From Candidatus Marinacidobacterales bacterium (lineage in GTDB: Bacteria > Acidobacteriota > Vicinamibacteria > Marinacidobacterales > SMYC01), in assembly GCA_965224085.1 (NCBI GenBank), contig CBDCYI010000009.1, positions 96,001-160,000 on the forward strand: DNA of 64,000 nucleotides, given 5' to 3'. The notes beneath the pieces are model-generated. The model did no database searches and was not told the origin of the DNA. It saw only the letters and a list, made by a program, of their open reading frames with translations. Positions 30,101 to 38,892 of the stretch are shown here, in pieces (the stretch's first letter is position 1; each line of letters starts with the position of its first letter). The position numbers and the translations under genes are program-made.

Positions 30101-30425
30101 CTGGGAGATCTGGATGGCCGCCTCGGCACAGGAACCGATGGGCGCCCTCGAGCTCGCCACCCTTCGAGGAGCCCGATTCCTCGGAGCGGAGCAGGACCTG
30201 GGCTCCCTCGAGGTCGGAAAGCTCGCCGACCTTCTGGTGCTCAACCGGAACCCGCTCGAAGACATCCAGCATACGATCGACATCCAGTACGTGATGAAGG
30301 GCGGCGTCTTGTGGGATGCGACCACGCTGGACGAGATCTGGCCCGAGAAAAAGCCTTTCGGGGACTATTACTGGGTGGACGAGGACGCGCTTCGCTCGGG
30401 CTCGAAACGAGGAGCCGAGCACTAG
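27123..30425 (+). CDS. Secreted PD40-repeat plus amidohydrolase protein
   Basis: EGTWMSVDLSPD, multiple WSPDG repeats, MPGLVDMHSH, GSHG, GSLEVGKLADLLVL. Confidence 0.9.
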   Translation: MSTRRVCLFCSLVSATCVLSFSAALAQPGDDWDVTLPRGETRQIAFTTHEGTWMSVDLSPDDRFVVFDLLGHIYRVPIEGGEAVCLTQDSGIAVNYQPRYSPYGRHIAFISDRAGQDHLWIMEADGSNPRPVETDSTIRLSEPAWTPEGDYLLVSKRKTGLEYVPFDQGIWMYHRQGGEGVHVVGDDNAGVGGPSLSSDGEYLYFHASNVAGPLHSVEGNIHLRRLEFRTGEIIELTSPPSNRGRDRLAVGESYAPEISPDGRWLAFARRIPDATMSYKGHEFGPRTALWLRDLETGEERLLVDPIELDMAESLKRHWTRILPAYTWSSDGSFIVIAQGGKLRRVDVRSGDVETIPFNAGVDRTISEMTRASFRITDGPFQVRFPRWHTASSDGSTLAFQAVGKIWIMDLPEGQPRRLTPDAFEPFEYAPAWSPDGRFVAFTSWDDERQGHLFKVAASGGPPEQLTPEPGEYTHPVWSPDGEEIVVVRGSGVTARGRSWVANRWYDLVRVPVNGGDPVFVTKVMSPPGTLHRGGKRQIVRPSFGPEGRLFYPEQKVVDGEIFLVSVRPDGSDKRHHLSFWQADEVVVSPDGRWVAFQEGDNVYLTPFRWPAHGVGVLRIDKRNGKLPVTPLSRAGGLFPRWPDDDTVEFGSGNTYYAHHTESGTTAETRIALRVPRYIPPGRIALTNARILTMDDPPVIERGTLVVEGARIACVGECTTDAADRVIDATGKTVMPGLVDMHSHHYHAHLGIQPRKDFEQAIYLAFGVTTSFDCAVWSHNAFPTADLIDAGRTIGPRTYATGDQIEGGPDDMRRNEIRSYEMARDEVRRLASWGATGLKQYLIPRRNQRQWISDWARKEGLMLTAEGGHLTYNLGMIMDGHTGWEHQLSQTPLYADATKFFGQAGATYSSTFVVSGPAPWNIEYFFGKSDVWKDEKLRRFLPWRDLYPRVRRRMLRPETDYAFPFVAQAVADIIREGGNGAIGSHGEYYGPAPHWEIWMAASAQEPMGALELATLRGARFLGAEQDLGSLEVGKLADLLVLNRNPLEDIQHTIDIQYVMKGGVLWDATTLDEIWPEKKPFGDYYWVDEDALRSGSKRGAEH

Positions 30426-30488
30426 TTTGATTCAAGAGGGATCATGATGCTTCGAGTGCTTCCACGCATCGGAATGGCTTTCATCCTG

Positions 30489-30737
30489 CTTCAAGAAAAT
30501 GCGGGAGCTCGATCAGAAAAAAGCGCTGAAGGACTTTCACGATCGCGTCTACAGGATCGGTTTTCTTCCGGCAACCCTGGTGCGTGAATGGCTCTTTCAC
30601 GAGCTCGAGACAGAGTTTGGCCACACACCAGCGATGAACGACTGACAGGGAGACGACTCGATGGAAGGACGAATGGTTAGCGCGTCGTTTGCGGGCCTGG
30701 TGCTTGCGGCGGCGACGCTCGCGCTCACGGGCGAAAA
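30489..30737 (+). repeat. Diverged copy of the DUF885 3' end, RBS and signal-peptide start (matches 34584-34830)
   Basis: Long shared tracts such as gaaggactttcacgatcgcgtctaca and gaacgactgacagggagacgactcgatg. Confidence 0.9.
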
Positions 30738-32811
30738 CGGCTCGAGATCGCGGCACTCGACGTCCGCCGTCCTGACGATGGAGAGCTACCTGCAGGCGCG
30801 CTGGCCGTCCCGGCCGAGCTGGTCGCCAGACGGCCGCTACGTCAGCTTCCTCTGGACCGACTGGAAGACCCAGGATCTCTATGTGGTTGCAGCCGAGGGT
30901 GGCCCGCCCATCAAGTTGACCCGCTCGAGCGACTTCCTCGGCGGATCCACCTGGAACAGCGCCGGGCAGTTCGGCGAGTGGTCGCCGGACGCGAAGGAAA
31001 TCCTGTACTCTGACCGCGGCGACCTGTACCTCGTTTCCGTTCCCGGAGGCGAGAGCCGGCGCCTGACCGACACCGCGGAGTCGGAAAGTGGGGGGCGCTT
31101 CTCACCGGACGGCGAGCGGATTGCCTACGCCCACGACGGCAACCTCTTCGTGCTCCACCGGAGGGAGGCGACGCGGAAGCAGCTCACCCGTGACGGACGG
31201 GCCAGCGGCGGCTTCTCCTGGTCGCCCGACGGCCGATGGGTGGCTCTGAGCGTGGCCGATCCACCCACTCGTCTGAGCGCGTCCCCGACCTACTCCGGTC
31301 CGCTCCTCACCATACATCGGTTCAGACGGCACCAGCGCGATGTTGCGCTCGTGCCGTCTCAAGGGGGTGAGCCCCGCACGATCCTGGCTTCGCCAGAGCA
31401 GGAGTCGGTGCTCGACTGGCATCCCGACGCCAAGAGCTTTCTGGTACAGCGAAGGACGATCGACGCGAAGGAGCGAACGCTCTTCTGGGTCAGCGTGGAC
31501 GGGGAGGTGCGGACGCTTTACCGCCAGCGCGACGATAAATACCTTGCCACGAACGATCAGGTAGCGATCTTCTCTCCCGACGGACGTTACGTGCTCCTGA
31601 CCAGCGACGAGGATGGCTGGAATCACATCTACGTGATCCCGCTCGAAGGCGGGGAGCCCATCCAGATCACCCGGGGCGCCTTCGAAGTGAGCTTCCCCGC
31701 CTGGGCACCGGACGGGCGGTCCATCTTCTTCTCATCGACCGAGGGCGGATCCGAACAGCGCCACCTTTACTCCGTGCCGAGCGAGGGGGGCAGGAAGACC
31801 CGTCTGACGACCCGGCCCGGGATCCACACCACCGCGATCCTCTCTCCTCACGGCGAACGGGTGGCCTTCATCCACTCCGACCCCTCGCACCTGCCCGATC
31901 TCTGGGTCCTCGATACGCGAGCGGGCGGAGTGCCCCGTCAACTCACTCGGTCGATGACGCCGGAGCTCGAGGCTTTCGTCTGGCAGACCCCCGGGATCGT
32001 CACCTATCCCGGCAAGGACGGGGTCCCCATCCGGGCGCAGCTCTTCGTGCCGCCGGATCTCGACCGCAACGCCAGCTACCCCGCCATCGTCCATGTCCAC
32101 CAGGCGGCCATCTATCAAGAGGTCTACCTCGGCCCCGGACCACACAAGGACAACGTCTGCTGGTACGGCTGGCACCAGCGGCTCGCCCAGAGGGGCTACG
32201 TAGTCCTGAACGTGGACTTCCGCGGCAGCTACGGCTACGGGAGAGACTTCCGCACCGGCAATTACCTGAAGATCGGCGTCGACGACGCCGAGGACATCGT
32301 TCGCGGCGTCGAATATCTGGGGAGCCTCGGCTACGTGGACACCGAACGGCTCGGTGTCTACGGGATGAGCTATGGCGGGCACATGGTCCTCAACCTTCTT
32401 TCGAAGTACCCCGACCTCTTCCAAGCCGGGATCAACATCGCCGGCGTCTTCGATTTCCTGATGGAGCTCGGGCCCTGGGCCGTACGCAACGGCTGGATGT
32501 ACCAGCGGCTGGGAACGCCGGAGGACAACCCCGAGGCCTATCACAACGCGTCCGCCATCAACTTCATCGACCGGTTGAAGGCGCCCGTACTGACGCTCCA
32601 GGGGACGAACGACACCAACGTGACCCTGCTCCAGTCGATCAAGCTCGTGGACGAGCTCCTCCGCCGCGGCAAGCGCTTCGAGTTCGGGCTCTATCCAGGG
32701 GAGGTGCATTTCTTCGGGCAGCGGCAGAGCTGGGTCGACGCCTTCGGCAAGATGGAGCGCTTCTTCGACCATCATCTGCGCGACCGTGTCACCACAGCGA
32801 CCGGTTTCTGA
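30661..32811 (+). CDS. S9 family prolyl oligopeptidase/dipeptidyl peptidase with PD40 repeats
   Basis: WSPDG repeats, RGSYGYG, GMSYGG (nucleophile), D.NV, H in GEVHFF. Confidence 0.9.
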   Translation: MEGRMVSASFAGLVLAAATLALTGENGSRSRHSTSAVLTMESYLQARWPSRPSWSPDGRYVSFLWTDWKTQDLYVVAAEGGPPIKLTRSSDFLGGSTWNSAGQFGEWSPDAKEILYSDRGDLYLVSVPGGESRRLTDTAESESGGRFSPDGERIAYAHDGNLFVLHRREATRKQLTRDGRASGGFSWSPDGRWVALSVADPPTRLSASPTYSGPLLTIHRFRRHQRDVALVPSQGGEPRTILASPEQESVLDWHPDAKSFLVQRRTIDAKERTLFWVSVDGEVRTLYRQRDDKYLATNDQVAIFSPDGRYVLLTSDEDGWNHIYVIPLEGGEPIQITRGAFEVSFPAWAPDGRSIFFSSTEGGSEQRHLYSVPSEGGRKTRLTTRPGIHTTAILSPHGERVAFIHSDPSHLPDLWVLDTRAGGVPRQLTRSMTPELEAFVWQTPGIVTYPGKDGVPIRAQLFVPPDLDRNASYPAIVHVHQAAIYQEVYLGPGPHKDNVCWYGWHQRLAQRGYVVLNVDFRGSYGYGRDFRTGNYLKIGVDDAEDIVRGVEYLGSLGYVDTERLGVYGMSYGGHMVLNLLSKYPDLFQAGINIAGVFDFLMELGPWAVRNGWMYQRLGTPEDNPEAYHNASAINFIDRLKAPVLTLQGTNDTNVTLLQSIKLVDELLRRGKRFEFGLYPGEVHFFGQRQSWVDAFGKMERFFDHHLRDRVTTATGF

Positions 32812-32952
32812 CATGGCTCGTCCCTCGCCTGTTCCCTATCGCCGCCGACCCGGTGACCACATCGACGTCCGGCACCGCCTGACCCGGCCGAAGGTCTTCG
32901 TAATCGTGAGATCGGCACCACCCATCCGTTCCTCTCCCAAGGAGGTGAGGCT

Positions 32953-34740
32953 ATGAAACGTCTTCCTTTGCAGGCCATCGGCCTGTTGCTTGCCCTCGTC
33001 ACCTTCCCCGCTCTTTGCTTCCCGGCGCAACGCTCTGGCGAAGCGCTCAATCCCCAGTTCGAGGAGCTGGTCGAGCGCTACCTGCGCGACGTGCGGGGTA
33101 TCGGGGGAGGCGAGCCGGACGCGATGAGCGCCGAGAGCTTCGCCCGGAAGCTCGACGTACGACGGCGTCTGCTGACGGAGCTCCATGCCATCGATCGTAA
33201 CGGTTTGAGCTTCGAGCAGGATATCGACTACCGCTTCCTGCAGAGCATTCTGCGCTCCGATATCCTCTGGGGGGAACGGGTCAAGCGCTGGCAGCAGGAC
33301 CCACGCGACTACATGCGCACCCGTACACTCAGCTACCTGGTCGAGGTCGACCCGAGACCGGCGGAGGCGCGGGCGGCGGATCTCGTCGCGGAACTGAAGC
33401 TTTTCCGCGAGCGCCTCGCCAATGGCAAGAAGAACCTGAATCAGCACATCCCTCGCTGGGTCGAACTCGCCCATGCCATGCTTAAAGGCACGCTCACCAT
33501 TCTGGACACGGATCTGCCGGCTTTCGCCGAGCGGCTGTCCGAGGGATCCCTCGCTTCGGTAATGGGTGAGGGCGACAAGACGCTGGCGGCGCTCAGGGAT
33601 TTCGACGGCTTCCTGACGAGAGAGCTGCCTCGGAAACTAGCGGGGGACTGGAAAATTGGCGCCGAGCTCTACAACCAGCTGCACGCCATCAAGTACATGT
33701 TCGCCCCGGACGACATTCATCTGCGGCGCATCGCCCGCGGGATGCCCGAGTTTACGCGCGTGCCCGCCTATCACGACTGGGGCCGCAAGCAATTCGATAT
33801 CGTCGAGCGGCAGATCGAGGTCAAGGCGAAGCAGATCGATCCGACCCGCACCTGGCTCCAGATCATCCGCGATATGAAAGAGGACCACCCCGCCGCCGAG
33901 CAGCTCGTGTTCGCGCACTTGGAGGCCACCCGAAAGACGCGGGAATGGGTGATCGAGAAGGACCTGGTCACCATTCCCTGGACGGACGACGACGCCATCA
34001 TGCAGGCGGCGCCGCCCAGCCTGTGGAGCGAACAGTGGTGGGGCTTCGGTCCCGGGGTGCCGGCCGGCTCCAAATCGCGAAAGTCGGCTTGGACCATCAT
34101 TCCGGTGGATCCCGACTGGCCGGACGAGGTGGCGGAAGAGAACCTTTCGGAAAAGGACTGGAGCTTCATGTACGCCATCGCTACGCACGAGGTCTATCCC
34201 GGCCATCACCTGCAACGGCTCTACGCCAACGAGAACCCGCGGCGACTGAGGGTCTACGAGAGCAGCTACTCCAACCAGGCCTGGTGCTACTACATCGAGT
34301 GGGAGCTGACGCCGAGCTACGGCTTCTATCCCGAGGACAAACAAGAGTTCTACACGCTCGAGATGTTGCGGTTGAAGCTCTGGCGCATGGGGCGGGTGAT
34401 CATCGACTCGGGCCTCCACACTGGCCGGTTGAGCTATGACGACGCGGTGAAACTGGAAACGGATCGGATCGGCTTCGTGCGGCGGGGCGGTCGGTTCAAC
34501 ATCGACGGTATCACCAAAGGAGGAAGCGGCACCGCCGCTCCGACCCTCGGCTACTTCGAGTGGATGCTGTTACGGGAGGAGTACTTCAAGAAAATGCGGG
34601 AGCTCGATCAGAAAGGAACCCTGAAGGACTTTCACGATCGCGTCTACAAGATCGGTTTTCTTCCGGTGACCCTGGTGCGCGAATCGCTCTTTCACGAGCT
34701 CGAGACAGAGTTTGGCCACACACCGGCGACGAACGACTGA
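32953..34740 (+). CDS. DUF885 family protein
   Basis: HEVYPGHHLQ, LWR..RVIIDSGLH, LK.FHD....G.LP. Confidence 0.85.
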   Translation: MKRLPLQAIGLLLALVTFPALCFPAQRSGEALNPQFEELVERYLRDVRGIGGGEPDAMSAESFARKLDVRRRLLTELHAIDRNGLSFEQDIDYRFLQSILRSDILWGERVKRWQQDPRDYMRTRTLSYLVEVDPRPAEARAADLVAELKLFRERLANGKKNLNQHIPRWVELAHAMLKGTLTILDTDLPAFAERLSEGSLASVMGEGDKTLAALRDFDGFLTRELPRKLAGDWKIGAELYNQLHAIKYMFAPDDIHLRRIARGMPEFTRVPAYHDWGRKQFDIVERQIEVKAKQIDPTRTWLQIIRDMKEDHPAAEQLVFAHLEATRKTREWVIEKDLVTIPWTDDDAIMQAAPPSLWSEQWWGFGPGVPAGSKSRKSAWTIIPVDPDWPDEVAEENLSEKDWSFMYAIATHEVYPGHHLQRLYANENPRRLRVYESSYSNQAWCYYIEWELTPSYGFYPEDKQEFYTLEMLRLKLWRMGRVIIDSGLHTGRLSYDDAVKLETDRIGFVRRGGRFNIDGITKGGSGTAAPTLGYFEWMLLREEYFKKMRELDQKGTLKDFHDRVYKIGFLPVTLVRESLFHELETEFGHTPATND

Positions 34741-34755
34741 CAGGGAGACGACTCG

Positions 34756-36255
34756 ATGAAAAGAGGAATGGCCGCGCCCCTGGCAGGCCTGCTGCTTGCC
34801 GTGGCGACGCTCGCGTTGACGAACGAAGACAGCCCTGGCTCCAACTGGACGGAGCATGGGTTCAACCTCGAGAACCACGCCTACAACTTCCGCGAGACGG
34901 CGATTCGCGCGTCGACCGTCCACCGGCTGGAGACAAAATGGTCGTTTCCGGTGAACGAGATGGTGCCCACGACGCCGGCGGTGGTGGACGGCATCGTGTA
35001 TTTCGGCACGTGGGGAGGCATTTTCTACGCACTGGAGGTCGGGACGGGTCGCGAGGTCTGGAGATTCAATGCACGGGAGCGGGTTGGCGAGCAGAGCGCC
35101 TGGAAAGAGCGCGGCATCGGGATACGCGGTGGCATCACGGTCCACGGCGGCCGCGTGTACTTCGGGGATACCGCCGGTTACCTGATGGTCGCAGATGCCA
35201 GAACGGGAGAGCTCATCTGGCGCAAACGACTCGAAGACCATCCACACACGCGCATCTTCTCCGCAGCGAAGATCCACGACGAGCGGCTCTACATCGGCGT
35301 CTCGTCGCTCGAAGAGTCCGCCATCCGCGTCGACGCGAGCTACAACGGCTACACGTTTCGCGGCAGTGTCGTTTGCCTCGAAGTCGAGACCGGTCGCGAG
35401 ATCTGGCGCTTCTACACCATCCCCAAAGAGCCGTACCAGATCGGTACCAAAGAGAGTGGCCGCCCCGTGTACGGCCCGGCCGGTGCTGCCATCTGGGCGA
35501 CGCCGACCCTCGATGTGGCACGCGGGAGCGTCTATGTCGCGACCGGAAACGGCTACAGCGGCCCCGAGGAGTACCTCGGTTACACGGAGGCCGTCATCGC
35601 CCTCGACATCGAGACCGGAAAGCCGCGCTGGCACTACCAGGCCGAGCCGGGCGCTTCGGACATCTACACCAACGAGCGGCTCGCCGGCGATGATGAGGGC
35701 CCCGATCTCGATTTCGGCTCCAGCACCATCCTGTTCGGTGGGGCAGACGGAAACCGTTGGCTCGCGGCGGGTCAGAAAAGCGGATGGATGTACCTGCTGG
35801 ATCCCGGGACGGGCGAAAAGATCTGGGAGACGAAGGTCGGTGCGGGCGGCGGTCTCGGAGGCATCGAGTTCGGCTCGGCCACCGACGGCGAGCGCATCTT
35901 CTGCGCGATCGGCGCCGGTGAGGGAAACACGACGGCGCTCGACGCCAAGACGGGCAAGATTTTGTGGCAAACCTGGACCGTCACGGGAGTCAACCGCGCT
36001 CCGGTCACTCTGGCCGGACCCAGGCACGATCTAGTCGTCTTCGAAGGATCGACCGACGGTGTTTTACGCGCTTACGACGCCAAAGACGGTCGCATTCTCT
36101 GGGAGGACCGTCTGGGGAAGGGCATCGGTATCCAGGGCGGTGCGGTGGTGGCGAACGGGATGGTGTTCGTCGGCGCCGGCTACCATTCCGCTCTGGGCGG
36201 GGCCAGAAAGGGCGAGGGAAACGAGCTCCGAGCCTTCAGCCTCGACGGAAAGTGA
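34756..36255 (+). CDS. PQQ-binding-like beta-propeller protein (polyvinyl-alcohol dehydrogenase-like)
   Basis: TPAV.DG.VY.G, FRGSV, GAAIW.TP..D...VYVATGN, DLDFG, GQKSG. Confidence 0.85.
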   Translation: MKRGMAAPLAGLLLAVATLALTNEDSPGSNWTEHGFNLENHAYNFRETAIRASTVHRLETKWSFPVNEMVPTTPAVVDGIVYFGTWGGIFYALEVGTGREVWRFNARERVGEQSAWKERGIGIRGGITVHGGRVYFGDTAGYLMVADARTGELIWRKRLEDHPHTRIFSAAKIHDERLYIGVSSLEESAIRVDASYNGYTFRGSVVCLEVETGREIWRFYTIPKEPYQIGTKESGRPVYGPAGAAIWATPTLDVARGSVYVATGNGYSGPEEYLGYTEAVIALDIETGKPRWHYQAEPGASDIYTNERLAGDDEGPDLDFGSSTILFGGADGNRWLAAGQKSGWMYLLDPGTGEKIWETKVGAGGGLGGIEFGSATDGERIFCAIGAGEGNTTALDAKTGKILWQTWTVTGVNRAPVTLAGPRHDLVVFEGSTDGVLRAYDAKDGRILWEDRLGKGIGIQGGAVVANGMVFVGAGYHSALGGARKGEGNELRAFSLDGK

Positions 36256-36315
36256 GCGAAGTACCCGGGTCTCAACGAAGAACCAGAATCACGAGGAGCG
36301 ATTCCAGCGCAAGAG

Positions 36316-36549
36316 GCTCGAAGCGCTCGCCCGATGAGCCCAGCGCTTCGTTACGCGTCGGTTCAGCGGGCGCCGACGATCCCCTTCACCGATTCCAGAA
36401 TCTTCGGTGCGTCGTAGCCGACGTCGTCTTTGAACACAATGGTGGTGTTGCGAATGTCGGCCGGGTTCGCGATCGGATCGCCCTTTAGGACCACCAGGTC
36501 GGCGAGCTTGCCTTCGGAGACGGATCCCAGTCGATCGTATTCGCCTAGG
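36316..36549 (-). repeat. 234-bp copy of the amidohydrolase 3' end and downstream hairpin (matches 60300-60533)
   Basis: Direct comparison: 3 mismatches in 234 bp. Confidence 0.95.
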
Positions 36550-36598
36550 TAGCCTGCCTAGTGCCGTTCCACTTTCTTGACCACACGGGGTTCGGACA

Positions 36599-37498
36599 CT
36601 AGCTCCTGCTGAACGTCGCCTTGAGGATATAACCGGCAATGGCAGGATTCTTGCGCAGTCTCCGAAGCGAATACGGATACCAGTTGGGGCCGAACGAGAC
36701 CGACACTCGGAGACGGTGTCCCGCGTCCCGAATGATGCGTCGGAGCTGGAGGTCGACGCCGTGCAGCATCTTGAACTCGTACTGTGAGGGCTGGAGCCCG
36801 AGGCGCTCGATGATCCGGTACGCGGCCCAGACGAGCTGCTCGTCATGGGTGGCGATACCAACGTAGCAGCCGGCGCTCAAGAGCTCGTCCAGGAGCATCA
36901 CGTAGTTGTCTCTGATGATCTGCGGGTCCACGAAAGCGATCTCGCGAGGCTCGATGTAAATGCCTTTGCAAAGCCGCACGTTTGCCTTGACCTCCTGGAG
37001 CTTTCGCACATCGGCCAGGCTGCGCCGCATGCGTGACTGTATGACCACCCCGGTGTTGTCGAACTCCTCCCTCAGCCGAAAGTAGGTGTCGAGTGTGTCG
37101 TCGATGCACGAGGAGTCCTCCATGTCCATGCGCACGAAGTTCTTCCGTTCGCGCGCATGAGTGAGGATCTGGACCATGTTCTGGTAGCAGAACTCCTTGT
37201 CCAGCTTGAGCCCAAAGTGAGTGAGCTTGACGTGGATGTTGCTGTCGAGCTTCCTCTCCTCAATCTGGTCGAGGACTTGCTTGTAATCACGAACGGCTTC
37301 TTCCGACTCCTCCCGGCGGGTCACGAACTCGCCGAGAATGGCGGTAGTCACCATGAAGCCGTCGCGGTTGAGCTTCTCGGTCTCCCGTATCTGGTCCTCG
37401 AGCCTCTCTCCGGCGATGTAGGGCCGGGCAAAGACCCGGACCAGCGGCTTGGGAACGACGGGCAGCGAGGTCGCGACGAGCTTGTCGAGGGCACTCAT
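36599..37498 (-). CDS. Monofunctional proline dehydrogenase
   Basis: YIAGE, VKLT..GL, RMDMEDS, VRLCKGIY.EP, IATHD, W.PY..RRL..NP. Confidence 0.9.
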   Translation of the reverse strand: MSALDKLVATSLPVVPKPLVRVFARPYIAGERLEDQIRETEKLNRDGFMVTTAILGEFVTRREESEEAVRDYKQVLDQIEERKLDSNIHVKLTHFGLKLDKEFCYQNMVQILTHARERKNFVRMDMEDSSCIDDTLDTYFRLREEFDNTGVVIQSRMRRSLADVRKLQEVKANVRLCKGIYIEPREIAFVDPQIIRDNYVMLLDELLSAGCYVGIATHDEQLVWAAYRIIERLGLQPSQYEFKMLHGVDLQLRRIIRDAGHRLRVSVSFGPNWYPYSLRRLRKNPAIAGYILKATFSRS

Positions 37499-37551
37499 GA
37501 CGAAAACCTCAATCCAGGTCGAGCCATTTCAGGATGCGGTAGCGTTGACCT

Positions 37552-38697
37552 CTACGGCCGGCTCATGATCTTCTCGATGATCTCGTCCGAGAGGATCATC
37601 GCCTCTTCCGAGAAGTCGCTGAAATAGCGCGCGGTATCCTGAAAATAGTCCGCGAACGCCAGCCGGTCCTCCTCGGAGAGTATAGTCGAGAGACGTATCG
37701 CCTGCTCGACGAAGCGTTCGCGGACAGTGCTGGAGAAGGGATTGCGCATAAGGATTTCCCGGTAGAGCTCGGGGCTTTGTGAGAAGAGCCGCCCCACCAT
37801 CGAGACCTCGAGACGGTAGATGGGACTCATGAAGGCAAGTGTCTCCTCGAGAGACAGTCCCGACTCGCTCAGTGCGCGGCCCATCACCATGGTGCCGAAG
37901 TGGGTCATCACTTGCACGATACCCATCATTCGATCGTGGGTCTCGGCGTCGGTGCGAATGAGCTCGGCTCCCATGCGCCCGAGCTCCGATTCCAGCCACC
38001 CCACCATCGGGCCGGGCGCGACCGGGCAGATCACGATCTTCTGGCGCCGGAACGAGCGGACCGTTGGCCCGAACATCGGGTGCATGCCGACACTCTCACC
38101 GGCGCCGTGCTCGGCGAGTGCCGCACAGACGCCCTTTTTCAGACTGTTGATGTCGCACAAGAGGGCGTCCGAGCGCACCCTTGGTCCGAGCGCGGCGGTG
38201 ACCGACTCCGCTTCGGCCATCGGCACCGCCAACATGACGATGTCGGCTCGCTCGACCCTTGGAGCATCGAGAGGCTCTCCCTTCTCGAGAACATCGACCG
38301 GGTGAGCACGTCTCTGAAAGGCCTTTTCGAAGAGGCGCCCCATCTTTCCGCGCCCGCCTACGATGAGCACTCGCCGGGTCTCCTCCGACACCCGAGCCGA
38401 TGCACTCTCTGTCTCGAGTTCTTCGTCCTCCTCCTGCAAGGTGTGCGACGCTTCGATGAGCACCGCCATGACCTCACGCACCACCGGTCTCGGCAAGCCC
38501 AGCTCGGCTCCGATGTCCTCGGCGCGCCGGAACACTGCGCGCTCCCGCGAGCGGTCGAAAGAATGCTTGCCCGATAAGCGCTTAGCTTTCCGAACTTCCG
38601 CGACGAGCCGCATCCGCTCCTTGATGAGGTCGAAGAGCGCGCGGTCGACCCGGTCGAGCTCGTTCCGGATCGTGTCGAGGGCTGGCTCCTCTTTCAT
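37552..38697 (-). CDS. tyrA: Bifunctional chorismate mutase/prephenate dehydrogenase
   Basis: N-terminal AroQ domain (LD.IR.ELD.VD..L..L..ER...RE), GG.G.MG, DINSLK, HPMFGP, HD.MM..VQ..THF, SPIYRLE. Confidence 0.9.
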   Translation of the reverse strand: MKEEPALDTIRNELDRVDRALFDLIKERMRLVAEVRKAKRLSGKHSFDRSRERAVFRRAEDIGAELGLPRPVVREVMAVLIEASHTLQEEDEELETESASARVSEETRRVLIVGGRGKMGRLFEKAFQRRAHPVDVLEKGEPLDAPRVERADIVMLAVPMAEAESVTAALGPRVRSDALLCDINSLKKGVCAALAEHGAGESVGMHPMFGPTVRSFRRQKIVICPVAPGPMVGWLESELGRMGAELIRTDAETHDRMMGIVQVMTHFGTMVMGRALSESGLSLEETLAFMSPIYRLEVSMVGRLFSQSPELYREILMRNPFSSTVRERFVEQAIRLSTILSEEDRLAFADYFQDTARYFSDFSEEAMILSDEIIEKIMSRP

Positions 38698-38892
38698 CTC
38701 GAGGACTGTAGCACGCGCGCCGATCGATCAGCTGATCCTCTCCAGTGGATCCGCAACACGGCCAGTCGCCATGCCGGATTGTTGTACAGGCTTGCTTCCG
38801 GGAGTACAATCAAACGCTGATATCGGTACCAGGCGCTACGTCGGTGCCATTCGTCGGGACACGAGATCTGGACGTTACAGGAGAGTCGAGCG

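Noticed and set aside
27123-32811. Recurring tggtcgcc(c/g)gacgg motifs as a CRISPR or DNA repeat array
   Set aside because: They encode WSPDG (PD40) protein repeats with irregular spacing; no cas genes or constant spacers
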